Shown here piece by piece: positions 1-9,868 of a stretch of DNA of 64,000 nucleotides. Made by a program: the position numbers and the translations under genes. Each line of letters begins with the position of its first letter. Within the stretch, counting starts at the first letter, position 1. The DNA lies in the NCBI GenBank assembly GCA_963663765.2, contig CAXXUA010000005.1, positions 1,152,001 to 1,216,000 on the forward strand. The letters run 5' to 3'. This stretch comes from Candidatus Poribacteria bacterium. Its GTDB lineage: Bacteria; Poribacteria; WGA-4E; WGA-3G. A model generated the notes under the pieces. It ran no database searches, had not been told where the DNA came from, and worked only from the letters and a program-made list of their open reading frames with translations.

Positions 1-1
1 G

Positions 2-343
2 GTTCTACCTGAATTAAACGGCAAACTTGATGGTTTTGCTATCAGAGTCCCAACACCAAACGTTTCTGTCGTCGACCTTACTGTCGAATTGAAGCAGAAA
101 CCGAATGCAGAAGATGTCAACGGAGTCTTAAAAGACGCATCCGAAAATTCATTGGATGGTATCTTGGGTTATTCTGAACTGCCACTCGTCTCATCAGATT
201 TCAACGGGAACAAACTCTCCTCCGTACTTGATGCCCCGTTCACAAAGGTTATTGAAAACGGACTTGTTAAAGTGCTTTCATGGTATGATAATGAGTGGGG
301 ATATTCTAACCGTCTTGTTGAGCTTGCAGCACGAGTACTATAA
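2..343 (+). CDS. gap: Glyceraldehyde-3-phosphate dehydrogenase, 3' part (5' end outside window)
   Basis: Frame from base 2 reads VLPELNGKLDGFAIRVPTPNVSVVDL...SWYDNEWGYSNR, the GAPDH C-terminal motifs. Confidence 0.97.
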   Translation, partial: VLPELNGKLDGFAIRVPTPNVSVVDLTVELKQKPNAEDVNGVLKDASENSLDGILGYSELPLVSSDFNGNKLSSVLDAPFTKVIENGLVKVLSWYDNEWGYSNRLVELAARVL

Positions 344-356
344 TGTCGGGAGAACT

Positions 357-1112
357 ATGCGAACACCTATCATTGCAGGCAATTGGAAACTCAACAAGAC
401 AATTTCAGAGGCGGTTTCACTCACAACGGCATTAAAGGATTTGGTTGTAGGAAGTAATGGCGTTGAAATAGTCGTCGCTCCACCTTTCACCGCGCTTGAT
501 GCCGTTAGCAAAGTTGTAAACGGCAGCAACATTCGTCTCGCTGCACAGGATGTTTATTGGGAAGACAGTGGTGCATTTACTGGTGAAGTTTCGGCTCCGA
601 TGCTAAAAGATATTGGCTGTGATTATGTAATTATTGGACATTCAGAGAGGCGACAATACTTTGCAGAGACTAATGAGACCGTCAATCAGAAAGTCCAAGC
701 AGCGTTATCACATAATTTAATACCGATTTTATGTGTTGGTGAACTGCTTGAAGAGCGCGAAGCAGGTCGCACAGAAATAGTTATTGAAAGCCACGTAACA
801 GGTGGCATTAAAGGTCTTACCGAAACTGAACTATTGTCTTGCGTCATTGCGTATGAACCTGTCTGGGCAATCGGAACAGGAAAAACCGCTACACCAGACC
901 AAGCACAAGATGTACATAAATATATCAGAGACCTGATAACGGATACTTATTCAACAAATGTCGCATCACAGATTTGTATTCAATACGGAGGCAGTGTAAA
1001 GCCTGAAAACGCAGCCGAACTGATGGCACAACCCGATGTGGATGGAGCACTTGTCGGCGGCGCAAGTCTTGATGCAGAATCATTTGCACAGATCGTTAAA
1101 CACACTATATAG
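357..1112 (+). CDS. tpiA: Triosephosphate isomerase
   Basis: MRTPIIAGNWK start after GGGAG RBS; GHSERR, AYEPVWAIGTG and LVGGASL motifs. Confidence 0.98.
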   Translation: MRTPIIAGNWKLNKTISEAVSLTTALKDLVVGSNGVEIVVAPPFTALDAVSKVVNGSNIRLAAQDVYWEDSGAFTGEVSAPMLKDIGCDYVIIGHSERRQYFAETNETVNQKVQAALSHNLIPILCVGELLEEREAGRTEIVIESHVTGGIKGLTETELLSCVIAYEPVWAIGTGKTATPDQAQDVHKYIRDLITDTYSTNVASQICIQYGGSVKPENAAELMAQPDVDGALVGGASLDAESFAQIVKHTI

Positions 1113-1153
1113 TCTAAATACTGCCTTGTAGGCAAACAAAGAGGATTATTATT

Positions 1154-1603
1154 ATGGGAATTTTCGTAGTTTTGGCAATCATTGTCTTCGTCCCTCTCTG
1201 TATCGTCCTGACACTTGTTATCTTATTACAGGATAGCAAAGGTGAAGGACTTTCATCCAGTGCATTTGGAGGGGCTGAAATCCAATCTGTACTTGGCGGA
1301 CACGGGGCAGCAACATTTCTTAGTAAACTCACAACGTGGGTTGCTGTCGGATTTATGGTTATCTCACTTTTCTTAATGCGTTTTTATGGGGAAAGAGCAG
1401 GTTTTGATCAAATAAAAAGTGAAACAGAAAACGCACAACAAGCTGAAGATAACGGAGATGCAGGAGAAGTTATAGAGGATACCGCCGAAGAAGACCCAAA
1501 GGGTACTATCACTACCAAACAGGAAGCCAACGACGATACTACACAAGAAGCACCTGAAGAAGATACAAAAGATGGCATCGTACCTACTGAAGAAACAGAA
1601 TAA
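1154..1603 (+). CDS. secG: Preprotein translocase subunit SecG with long acidic C-terminal tail
   Basis: Two TM helices with VILLQDSKGEGLSSSAFGG linker and FLSKLT motif; follows tpiA. Confidence 0.9.
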   Translation: MGIFVVLAIIVFVPLCIVLTLVILLQDSKGEGLSSSAFGGAEIQSVLGGHGAATFLSKLTTWVAVGFMVISLFLMRFYGERAGFDQIKSETENAQQAEDNGDAGEVIEDTAEEDPKGTITTKQEANDDTTQEAPEEDTKDGIVPTEETE

Positions 1604-1606
1604 CTC

Positions 1607-2131
1607 GTGCAAGAAACAAGCAAAACCGTTGAAGAACAAAATCTTCCAAATCCTGTTCATGTCAAGACACAAACTGGAGAACTCTCGTGGAGAGTCCACC
1701 CATTGGTTGAAAACTGGATAAGGTCTGGGTTATTATTGCTTTTTTTCTTCCTCATTCTTATCACGATTTATTTCAGTTTTAGATCTATTGGATTTACACT
1801 GTTGTCAGCATTGCTGTTGATCGTGCCGCTTTACAAGTACTTTTTGCCTTTTCATTACCAATGCGGCATTAGCAGTCTTGTTGTCAAAGCTTGTTGCTAC
1901 AAGATAGAACGTCCTTGGTCAGCATTTCATAGCCACTATGTTGACAAAAACGGTGTACTGTTAAGTCCCTTTACTTTACCCACAAGACTTGAAAACTTCA
2001 GAGGTGTTTATGTCAGATTTGGCAAGCATCCCCCTGAAGTGATAATAGATTTTATTCACAACAAACTAAACACGGAGCCACAAGATGAACCCTCCACATC
2101 CGAATCATCACCCGATAATCAAAACCCATGA
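1607..2131 (+). CDS. Hypothetical membrane protein (two TM helices, soluble C-terminal domain)
   Basis: Continuous ORF in operon; hydrophobic hairpin. Confidence 0.75.
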   Translation: MQETSKTVEEQNLPNPVHVKTQTGELSWRVHPLVENWIRSGLLLLFFFLILITIYFSFRSIGFTLLSALLLIVPLYKYFLPFHYQCGISSLVVKACCYKIERPWSAFHSHYVDKNGVLLSPFTLPTRLENFRGVYVRFGKHPPEVIIDFIHNKLNTEPQDEPSTSESSPDNQNP

Positions 2132-3365
2132 TCAACTTAAAAGTGCCATCTCACAGATAGTCAACAAACAGACCACAACAGATATCCATACGCACCTTTT
2201 TAGTCCTCCATTTGAAGAACTGCTGTTGTGGGGAATAGATGAACTGCTAACTTATCACTATCTGATTGCAGAGGTATTTCGTAAAGTTGATCTCTCCTAT
2301 CATGATTTTTGGGCAATGACAAAATTGCAACAAGCTGAACTTATTTGGCAGACACTTTTTATTGAAAATTCACCTGTCAGTGAGGCGTGCCGCGGTGTTG
2401 TGACAACTTTGAATGAATTGGGGTTAGATGTCGGTTCACGAAACTTAAAGGACTACCGTGCTTACTTTGCGGATACGACTGTTGAAGAATTTATTGACAC
2501 TGTGTTTGACCGATCAAATGTCTCCAAGGTCGTTATGACAAATGACCCGTTTGACCCAGCGGAAGCTCCCGTGTGGGAATCAGGTGATACGGGTGACACG
2601 CGTTTTGAAGCTGCACTTCGAATGGATGTTCTCATAAACAACTACGAAGATACAGCGTATGAACATTTGCGTGGTCTCGGTTATGATGTTGATCCAACAC
2701 TATCTTCTGAAAAAGGTTATAAAGAGGTTCGACGTTTTTTAGAAATGTGGATACAACGCATGACCCCAAAATACATGGCAGTTTCTCTTCCACCTGATTT
2801 TCAATACCCGCATGATGGAGTTCTCGGAAGGTTGTTTGACAACTGTATCTTACCCATCTCGCGTGAATTCAACGTTCCCTTTGCACTGATGATCGGTGTA
2901 AAAAGAGCCGTAAACCCGCAACTCAAAATGGCAGGAGACGGCACCGGCAAAGCAGACTTGACAAGTCTGGAAACGCTTCTCCGTGAAAACCAAGACAATA
3001 AATTCCTTGTGACACTACTCTCACGGGAAAACCAACACGAATTGTGTGTCATCGGACGGAAATTTAGAAATCTCATGATATTCGGATGTTGGTGGTTTAT
3101 GAACAACCCAAGTATTATTGAAGAGATAACACGCGAACGGATAGAATTGCTCGGACTGAGCGTTATCCCACAGCATTCAGATGCACGAATCTTAGACCAA
3201 CTTATCTACAAATGGAAGCATTCACGCCAGATAATCGCTGACGTTTTAATAGAAAAATACAAATCCCTGATAGACGCGGAATGGACTCTTACGCAATCTG
3301 AAATTGAGCGAGATGTCAAGAACCTTTTTGGTGGTAACTTTGAACGTTTCCTGAATGGGGTATAA
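2085..3365 (+). CDS. uxaC: Glucuronate (uronate) isomerase, BH0493-type amidohydrolase fold
   Basis: DIHTHL, LWGIDELLTYHYL, GCWWF and HSDARILDQLIYKW motifs. Confidence 0.9.
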   Translation: MNPPHPNHHPIIKTHDQLKSAISQIVNKQTTTDIHTHLFSPPFEELLLWGIDELLTYHYLIAEVFRKVDLSYHDFWAMTKLQQAELIWQTLFIENSPVSEACRGVVTTLNELGLDVGSRNLKDYRAYFADTTVEEFIDTVFDRSNVSKVVMTNDPFDPAEAPVWESGDTGDTRFEAALRMDVLINNYEDTAYEHLRGLGYDVDPTLSSEKGYKEVRRFLEMWIQRMTPKYMAVSLPPDFQYPHDGVLGRLFDNCILPISREFNVPFALMIGVKRAVNPQLKMAGDGTGKADLTSLETLLRENQDNKFLVTLLSRENQHELCVIGRKFRNLMIFGCWWFMNNPSIIEEITRERIELLGLSVIPQHSDARILDQLIYKWKHSRQIIADVLIEKYKSLIDAEWTLTQSEIERDVKNLFGGNFERFLNGV

Positions 3366-3404
3366 GATCTATTTACCCTTTACCTCCTGAACCATTAGAC
3401 TACT

Positions 3405-3689
3405 CTAACAATCACAGGGAGTAGCCTTACATTTCGGACATCCATCTGCATATATTTCCGCTGCATCCTCAAGAGAAACACCAAGCAAACTTGCCAAAGT
3501 AGATAACCATGCAAAAACATCGGCGAACTCTTCTCGCAACCTTTCCATATCCTGCGGTTGTTTGCGTATCTCTTTCGCTAACTCCCCAACCTCCTCTACA
3601 AACCATGTAAAGGTTAACGGCACACCGCGTGCAGCATCACGGGTATAATAGATAGACTCAATCTGTTGTTGAAACTTTTGAATTGTCAT
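3405..3689 (-). CDS. MazG-like nucleotide pyrophosphohydrolase with C-terminal Cys cluster
   Basis: EEVGELA...EEFADV motif; CPKC..PCDC tail; AGGAG RBS. Confidence 0.88.
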   Translation of the reverse strand: MTIQKFQQQIESIYYTRDAARGVPLTFTWFVEEVGELAKEIRKQPQDMERLREEFADVFAWLSTLASLLGVSLEDAAEIYADGCPKCKATPCDC

Positions 3690-3706
3690 AATTCTCCTTT
3701 TTCAGT

Positions 3707-3735
3707 ATAATAAGACAAGCGTTTGAGATTGTCAA
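3707..3735 (-). promoter_or_regulatory. Sigma70-type promoter of the MazG-like gene
   Basis: TTGACA-N17-TATTAT on the minus strand. Confidence 0.55.
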
Positions 3736-3826
3736 TTGAAATCCGGCTACCTGAATTTACTTTGCGTAGCATGCGTTTTTATGTAGATTAGACTGATAAG
3801 ATGCAAATATAATCCAATCAGATGGA

Positions 3827-4231
3827 GTGTACATAAGTATGTTGAGACCAATAATAATAAATCAATCGGAACTTGAGTGGGAAGGATGGGAAGATCCAGA
3901 GATTGCCGCCAAAAGTCCAATTCGTTGGAAACTGCTTATCACAAGTGAACGCGGTCCGAGCAGCGGATTGGTCACAGGTATAGCAGAAGTGCCCTCTGGT
4001 GCATCACTTTTGCTACACCATCATGAACCTGAAGAAACCTATTATATTCTCAGTGGTAACGGACACATAAAGATTGATGAGTGCGAAGCAGAAATCGGTC
4101 CTGGTTCTACAGTCTATATTCCACCTAATGCTAAGCATACCGTCCGTTGCACTGGAATCGAACCACTGGTTTTTATATTCACCTTTGCTCAAGATTCTTT
4201 TGAAGAAATCATTTACAAATTTGATGAGTAA
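3827..4231 (+). CDS. Cupin, DddK/DddW-like (candidate DMSP lyase)
   Basis: IRWKLL...SSGLVTGIAEV...HHHEPEETY...YIPPNAKH...DSFEEIIYKF pattern; start may be ATG 3839. Confidence 0.75.
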   Translation: MYISMLRPIIINQSELEWEGWEDPEIAAKSPIRWKLLITSERGPSSGLVTGIAEVPSGASLLLHHHEPEETYYILSGNGHIKIDECEAEIGPGSTVYIPPNAKHTVRCTGIEPLVFIFTFAQDSFEEIIYKFDE

Positions 4232-4263
4232 TCAAACGTACTCAAGTATCTTAAGATTTCACT

Positions 4264-5271
4264 TTGGAGGTAATCCTAAGAATGTCAACGTTCAAAACGA
4301 TGGATACAAAACCGATCATTTCTAATGCAGAAGCAAGTCTCTTTGACATAGGTGATGGAATTACCTTTCTTGAACTACATGGCAAATTGAATATCATAGA
4401 GGATAGCACGTTGGAGATTCTGGATTTAGCATTAGACGCGGTAGAAACGAATTATTCTGGCATGATAATCGGGACAGAAGACGATCATTTTTCGGTAGGC
4501 CTCAATCTAATTCATTTACTTGACCGTGCTCAAAGTCAAAACTGGAATGCGATTTCAAAAACACTTCGTAATTTGCAGAAGGTTTGTATGCGCCTACGTC
4601 TTTCAGCAAAACCTGTTGTAGCAGCGACGGCAGGCATGGCATTGGGTGGTGGTTGTGAACTCACATTCGGTGCAGATGCTGTTCAAGCTTACACTAACAG
4701 CAAACTTGGGCTTGTTGAAATTCGCGTTGGATTGATCCCCGCTGGCGGTGGAACTACCGAGATGATGTATCGCTGTTTGTATGGACATAACCCCTCAACA
4801 CCAATACAGCAATTGCTTACGTTGGTAAATGAAGTATTTGAAACTATTCGTCAAGCAAAAGTTTCGCAAAATATTGAAGATGCAGTCAACCTTGGTTACC
4901 TTCGAAAAATAGATCCTATCTCTAAGCAAAGAAATAATCATATCCAAGATGCAAAACAGTTAGCACTTTCACTCTGTAAGAACGGTTATCAATCACCTAT
5001 ACCACGACAGGTTTTGGTGGTAGGAAAGGAAGGGGTTCATCATCTAAATCAAAATATTCAACAATTGGTGAAAGATAGGACCATTAACGAATATGAGAAG
5101 TTTCTTGCTGAGAAATTGATTTATGTGCTCTGCGGGGGTACACTTTCAACCCCTCAGTTTGTTACAGAACAATACTTACTTGACCTCGAACACGAGATTT
5201 TTCTGAGTCTATGTGGAGAACCGAAGACCCATGCTATGATTGAATCAACCGTCAAAAAAAGCAAAAAATGA
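4264..5271 (+). CDS. Enoyl-CoA hydratase/crotonase protein resembling the C-terminal half of FadN
   Basis: FSVGLNL, ALGGGCEL, GLVEIRVGLIPAGGG and EQYLLDLE..FLSLCGEPKT motifs. Confidence 0.85.
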   Translation: MEVILRMSTFKTMDTKPIISNAEASLFDIGDGITFLELHGKLNIIEDSTLEILDLALDAVETNYSGMIIGTEDDHFSVGLNLIHLLDRAQSQNWNAISKTLRNLQKVCMRLRLSAKPVVAATAGMALGGGCELTFGADAVQAYTNSKLGLVEIRVGLIPAGGGTTEMMYRCLYGHNPSTPIQQLLTLVNEVFETIRQAKVSQNIEDAVNLGYLRKIDPISKQRNNHIQDAKQLALSLCKNGYQSPIPRQVLVVGKEGVHHLNQNIQQLVKDRTINEYEKFLAEKLIYVLCGGTLSTPQFVTEQYLLDLEHEIFLSLCGEPKTHAMIESTVKKSKK

Positions 5272-5329
5272 AACCACATTATCGTGGATCTAACATATTA
5301 GATTAAACATAAAAAGAAATAAGGAAAAC

Positions 5330-6391
5330 ATGCAGACACACTTATATCTCTCCATTGCAGGCGAAAACAGAATCGCAATTTATACCTTTGATGTTTCTAA
5401 AGGTTCAATTACATTTCAAGAGAATGTTAACGTTAGCGGCTCACCCGGTCCCTTAACCCGTTCTCCGTGCGGTAACTATCTGTATGCTGGACTCCGATCC
5501 AGCCGAGAAATCGCAACTTTCCGTATTGATGAAAAGCAGAAGAAATTAACCCATTTAAGCACAATCAACCTTGATGCAGATACATGCTACATTGCAACAG
5601 ACAAAACAGGTAACTATTTGCTATCTGCTTATTACGGTGCGGGGAAGGTGACTGTGCATGCAATCGGGGAGGATAAGACAGTGCAAGCGGGACCGATCCA
5701 AACTATTGAAACTGCACCACATGCACACTATATTGAAACAGACGCAACAAACCGATTTGCTTTTGTCCCCCACACTGTTCCTCGTAATGCTATCTACCAG
5801 TTCCATTTTGACGCTGATACTGGCAAGTTGATACAAAACTTCTTTGGCAATCTGAACCCCGATGATCCTGTTGGACCGCGTCACTACTGTGAGCATCCAA
5901 ACAAACCGATCTTTTATTTCTCAAATGAGCAAGGATCCAGTGTGTCTGCGTACAATCTACAGAAAGGTGATCCAGACGTTCCAATCCCAACGGAAGGAAC
6001 ACCAGACTATACCTTTAACGATGCCCCCGGACTCTTATGGAGTTTCCAAACTCTTTCCACATTACCAGAAGATTTTGACGAAAAAAACACCTGCGCACAA
6101 ATACACATTGACCCGCACGCGAAATTTCTATACGTCTCCAATCGTGGTCATGACAGCATCGCAATTTTTTCAATTGACGAAGAAAACGGGGAATTGATTG
6201 CATTAGGTCACCAACCAACAGAACCAACACCTCGCGTCTTCAATATTGACGAAACAGGGAACTATCTATTTGCTGGAGGACAAGGTTCGGGAAAACTCGC
6301 TACCTATCGTATTGATCGTAATACCGGATTACTCTCACTGATAAAAAGTTATGCTGTGGGGAAAAACCCAATGTGGGTAATGTTTTTATAG
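5330..6391 (+). CDS. pgl: 6-phosphogluconolactonase-family beta-propeller lactonase
   Basis: HAH, GPRH, YVSNRGHDSIA and PR motifs. Confidence 0.85.
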   Translation: MQTHLYLSIAGENRIAIYTFDVSKGSITFQENVNVSGSPGPLTRSPCGNYLYAGLRSSREIATFRIDEKQKKLTHLSTINLDADTCYIATDKTGNYLLSAYYGAGKVTVHAIGEDKTVQAGPIQTIETAPHAHYIETDATNRFAFVPHTVPRNAIYQFHFDADTGKLIQNFFGNLNPDDPVGPRHYCEHPNKPIFYFSNEQGSSVSAYNLQKGDPDVPIPTEGTPDYTFNDAPGLLWSFQTLSTLPEDFDEKNTCAQIHIDPHAKFLYVSNRGHDSIAIFSIDEENGELIALGHQPTEPTPRVFNIDETGNYLFAGGQGSGKLATYRIDRNTGLLSLIKSYAVGKNPMWVMFL

Positions 6392-6472
6392 AAAACAGAT
6401 GGAAGGTGGATATGTTATCTTTTGGCACAACTGTCTTATTACACTGTGCCGACTTAACAACTGCAGTAGGCT

Positions 6473-6511
6473 AAAAAAAGAATGGGCATGGTAATCACTA
6501 CCGTGCCCATT
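6473..6511 (-). terminator. Rho-independent terminator after the selenoprotein gene
   Basis: AATGGGCATGGTA/TACCGTGCCCATT stem followed by a U-run on the minus strand. Confidence 0.7.
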
Positions 6512-6519
6512 ACTACTCT

Positions 6520-6753
6520 TTATACAATGTCATCAATCGCCGTAGTGATCTGCTCTGTTGTCGGGAATTTTCGCATCTCAAGTTTTGAGTAGAGTAACTC
6601 CTCGTTGACATACACTTCAAAAGCACCACCACCACTTGGCTCAAGTTTCACCTTGTCAACTTGACCACTATATTTCTCTTCTAAGGCTTCTGCCAAACTG
6701 GCTGCCCGTGGTTTATAGTTTCAAGATGTGCAATACTCAATTCTAATGTCCAT
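6520..6753 (-). CDS. SelW/SelT/SelH (Rdx family) selenoprotein, 77 aa, Sec encoded by UGA at codon 11
   Basis: Manual translation MDIRIEYCTSUNYKPRAASLAE...SGGGAFEVYVNEELLYSK...FP; AGGAGG RBS; in-frame TGA at 6721-6723 in the CxxU position. Confidence 0.92.
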
Positions 6754-6951
6754 TTACAATATATCCTCCTGAATTGAAAGATTTTCATAAGTATTCTATC
6801 AGATGTTTTTGGAAATTGCAAATGATTCTTGCTGTGATAATTACAGTTTTTCCTTGAAAATTCAAATATTTCATGTGATAATAACCTATCACAACACATC
6901 AATAACATAAGCAGTACAGCAACTTGTTTCAAAAAAACTTGGTTTTCCAAC

Positions 6952-8016
6952 ATGCGACCTAAGATTTCAAAAACCATCCGTATCGCACTCATCCTCTCTA
7001 TATGCCTTCACATTGCGCTGTTTGCTGTACTCAAAGTGCTATATACAAGCGAATCAAGTTCTATCAAAGACAAAACATACGTTGATATATCAGAAGTACG
7101 TTCACAACGGGCTATGCGCACATTAAAGCGAAAAAAGTATATTCCCCCGAAACATAAACCTATAATATATCAACAGAATGAAGTTGCGGTTACCCCGCAG
7201 GTCGCCCCCATCCAAGTGACAGCACCAATTGCGCATCGAAATCCTGTCACTCCTATGAGGAATTTCACACTTCCTACTCATAGCATTTTAAAGAATGATA
7301 CAATAGGCATAGACACATCAATTGGTATGGTGACGCTTGGTACAGGAAATCAACGTGGGTATAGTGTATTTAATTCTCAACACGTATCGCGAAGGAGAAT
7401 TCAAAAAACTTTCAAACCACCTATTGACACAATTCTAACACCCGTTAGTGAGGTTTCGTTACCAGATGGAATTCTAACACAACTTGGACAGCACATTGTA
7501 GCAAACCGTCAGACGAAAATGGTAGATATCGTCTTTATTGTTGATGGTAGCGGTAGTATGAAAGATAACATCAACGCAATCCAACGTCACCTAAACAATA
7601 TGACAGAGTTGTTCAATGCCGCGGAACTTGATTTCACATTCGGGATTGTCATCTTCAGAGACCACACCGGATACAACTTAATTGGGTGGGATTTTGAACT
7701 TGTGGCACAAACCCGATCAATCGTAAAGATTAAGAGATATCTTGCACAAGTGAAATGTGTCGGTGGCGAAAAAGCTTTAGATGCACTCGTGCGCGCTACA
7801 GACGAAGTTACAGTAAGAAAAAATGCTGATGTACATTTCATCTTGATCACTGATGAATATGTTAGCGGGAAATATACTGCCAGAGATGTATTAAAAAAGG
7901 TTACTGATGCAAGAATTAAGGTGGATGTCATAGGACGTAATGAACCTTTCAATAAGTATATCGCGCGCCGCACTGGTGGAATATGGCTGCCAATTTCAAG
8001 TCTAAGTACACAATAG
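6952..8016 (+). CDS. Membrane-anchored von Willebrand factor A domain protein
   Basis: N-terminal TM; DIVFIVDGSGSM MIDAS motif; ILITDE. Confidence 0.88.
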   Translation: MRPKISKTIRIALILSICLHIALFAVLKVLYTSESSSIKDKTYVDISEVRSQRAMRTLKRKKYIPPKHKPIIYQQNEVAVTPQVAPIQVTAPIAHRNPVTPMRNFTLPTHSILKNDTIGIDTSIGMVTLGTGNQRGYSVFNSQHVSRRRIQKTFKPPIDTILTPVSEVSLPDGILTQLGQHIVANRQTKMVDIVFIVDGSGSMKDNINAIQRHLNNMTELFNAAELDFTFGIVIFRDHTGYNLIGWDFELVAQTRSIVKIKRYLAQVKCVGGEKALDALVRATDEVTVRKNADVHFILITDEYVSGKYTARDVLKKVTDARIKVDVIGRNEPFNKYIARRTGGIWLPISSLSTQ

Positions 8017-8026
8017 ATTCAACCCA

Positions 8027-9610
8027 ATGCCTCTCCAATTTTTTTCAAAGACCTCAACACCTTTCACAAAAGAACCTGATTTTTCACCACGACAACATAA
8101 AAGGGATTTGTACTACGCCATCGGTATAACCACTCTCTTCCTAATTCTTGGCGGATATGGTGCAATGCACCATGAAATGTGGCGGGATGAAATCCAAGCA
8201 TGGCTCCTTGCGAGAGATAGTACCTCCGTGTTTGACCTTTTGGCAAACATGAAATATGAGGGACATCCTGCTCTTTGGCATCTCTGTCTAATGCCACTCA
8301 CACACATCACCCATAACCCTATTATCATGCAGGTGTTTCACCTACTGATTGCTGCCACAACAGTTTTCCTATTCACGCGTTACGCGCCGTTTCACTGGAT
8401 TCACAAATTCCTCTTCTCTTTCGGCTATTTTGCGCTATATGAATATGCAATTGTAGCACGTAATTATGCACTCGGTTTGCTTCTTATCACTATCTTCTGT
8501 GTGCTATATAGGGAGCGATACAAACGTATCGTATGGATCGGTATTGTCTTAATCCTACTTTCTCACACAAGCGTTCATGCCTTAATCGTAGCGATCTCAA
8601 TCGGTGTAGCACTCATGGCGGAATATCTCTATTTCTACTGCTGCAAGGAAGAAGCACTCACTGAGAATAGACAACTCGTCTGGTTAGGTTTTGTCCTAAT
8701 CGGCATTGGTATCGTTACCGCGATCTTGCAACTCAACCCTCCCTCTGATTACGGATTTGCAGTCGGATGGAACTTTGAATTTAAATTTCAACGCATGAAC
8801 AACATTACCAAAATCATGACGCAAGCACTCCTTCCATATCCAAAAGCAGTTGTGGGATTTTGGGGTAGTAACCGGCTCAACAATATCGGATTGTTTCAGT
8901 TAATCAGGCTGCCACTCTGTTATCTCATTTTTTTCTGGTGTATTTTCCGTTTCCTGAAACGTCCAACTGCACTTGTTGCCTATTCCATGGCGACTGTCGG
9001 GCTGCTTGCATTTTTCTATGTGAAATATGGTGGCAGTATCCGCCACCACGGTTTCGTGTTTATTACTTTTGTGTTCACAAGTTGGATCTACTACGATTGT
9101 CCAGAAATTGAACTTCCATTTGATCGTATCAGTGAGTTTGCACAGAAGGGTTTCGGTGCTGTATTCACTGTGTTTCTGATTGTCAATTTCCTCGGTGGCA
9201 TGACTGCTATCCGTATGGATAGTCAACACATCTTTTCTAACGCAAAAAGAACAGTCGAATATATCAAGGAACAAGGGATGCAAGACATGCTCATGATCGG
9301 ACATGGATCCCCACCAGCAAGCACAATTGTCGGATATCTTGAAAAGGATCGAATGTATTATCCACAAGGAACACGATTTGGTTCTTTTGTTAGATGGGAC
9401 AGGACAAGAAGAAATACCGTTACCAAAGAAACTATTGTCATGTTATCCGAAATGCTACAAACCCAATACGATCAAGATGTTCTGATTATCGTAAATTCTG
9501 CCTTGGACGTAGAATTGATTGAGCAGTATCAACTTATATTCTTGGAGAGTTTTACTGGTGGAACCCTCGGCAGTGAATATTATTACTTATATCTACACAA
9601 AACTGATTGA
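8027..9610 (+). CDS. Polytopic membrane protein, possibly a GT-C fold glycosyltransferase
   Basis: About 10 TM segments; MWRDE after TM1; YEGHP and ARNYAL motifs. Confidence 0.65.
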   Translation: MPLQFFSKTSTPFTKEPDFSPRQHKRDLYYAIGITTLFLILGGYGAMHHEMWRDEIQAWLLARDSTSVFDLLANMKYEGHPALWHLCLMPLTHITHNPIIMQVFHLLIAATTVFLFTRYAPFHWIHKFLFSFGYFALYEYAIVARNYALGLLLITIFCVLYRERYKRIVWIGIVLILLSHTSVHALIVAISIGVALMAEYLYFYCCKEEALTENRQLVWLGFVLIGIGIVTAILQLNPPSDYGFAVGWNFEFKFQRMNNITKIMTQALLPYPKAVVGFWGSNRLNNIGLFQLIRLPLCYLIFFWCIFRFLKRPTALVAYSMATVGLLAFFYVKYGGSIRHHGFVFITFVFTSWIYYDCPEIELPFDRISEFAQKGFGAVFTVFLIVNFLGGMTAIRMDSQHIFSNAKRTVEYIKEQGMQDMLMIGHGSPPASTIVGYLEKDRMYYPQGTRFGSFVRWDRTRRNTVTKETIVMLSEMLQTQYDQDVLIIVNSALDVELIEQYQLIFLESFTGGTLGSEYYYLYLHKTD

Positions 9611-9654
9611 TGTTACGGATGTTTTCGTGGTTCAAACTGTACGTTTTCACAAAC

Positions 9655-9772
9655 GGTAGGTGTGCTTTGTAAGCGCCCTGGCACAGCAAGTCCAAACGGC
9701 GCGCTTACAAAGCACGCCTACCACATGAGAAATAACGGCGCGCTTACAAAGCACGCCTACCACGTGAGAAAT
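9655..9772. repeat. GTAG-type REP cluster: inverted pair plus a tandem duplicate
   Basis: GGTAGGTGTGCTTTGTAAGCGCC facing two copies of GGCGCGCTTACAAAGCACGCCTACC. Confidence 0.8.
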
Positions 9773-9868
9773 ATTTGATTACCCAATTAATAAAGTTATC
9801 TTCATATAAATTGTCCTACATAAAAGAACTTGCAATAACTCATAAAATAGAAAGGAAGGAAACGATAA

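Noticed and set aside
156-356. N-terminal extension of TpiA in the ORF track
   Set aside because: It overlaps gap in another frame; the real start is ATG 357 with an RBS.
6681-6992. 103-aa minus-strand ORF
   Set aside because: Shadow ORF overlapping the selenoprotein in another frame and the VWA gene start.
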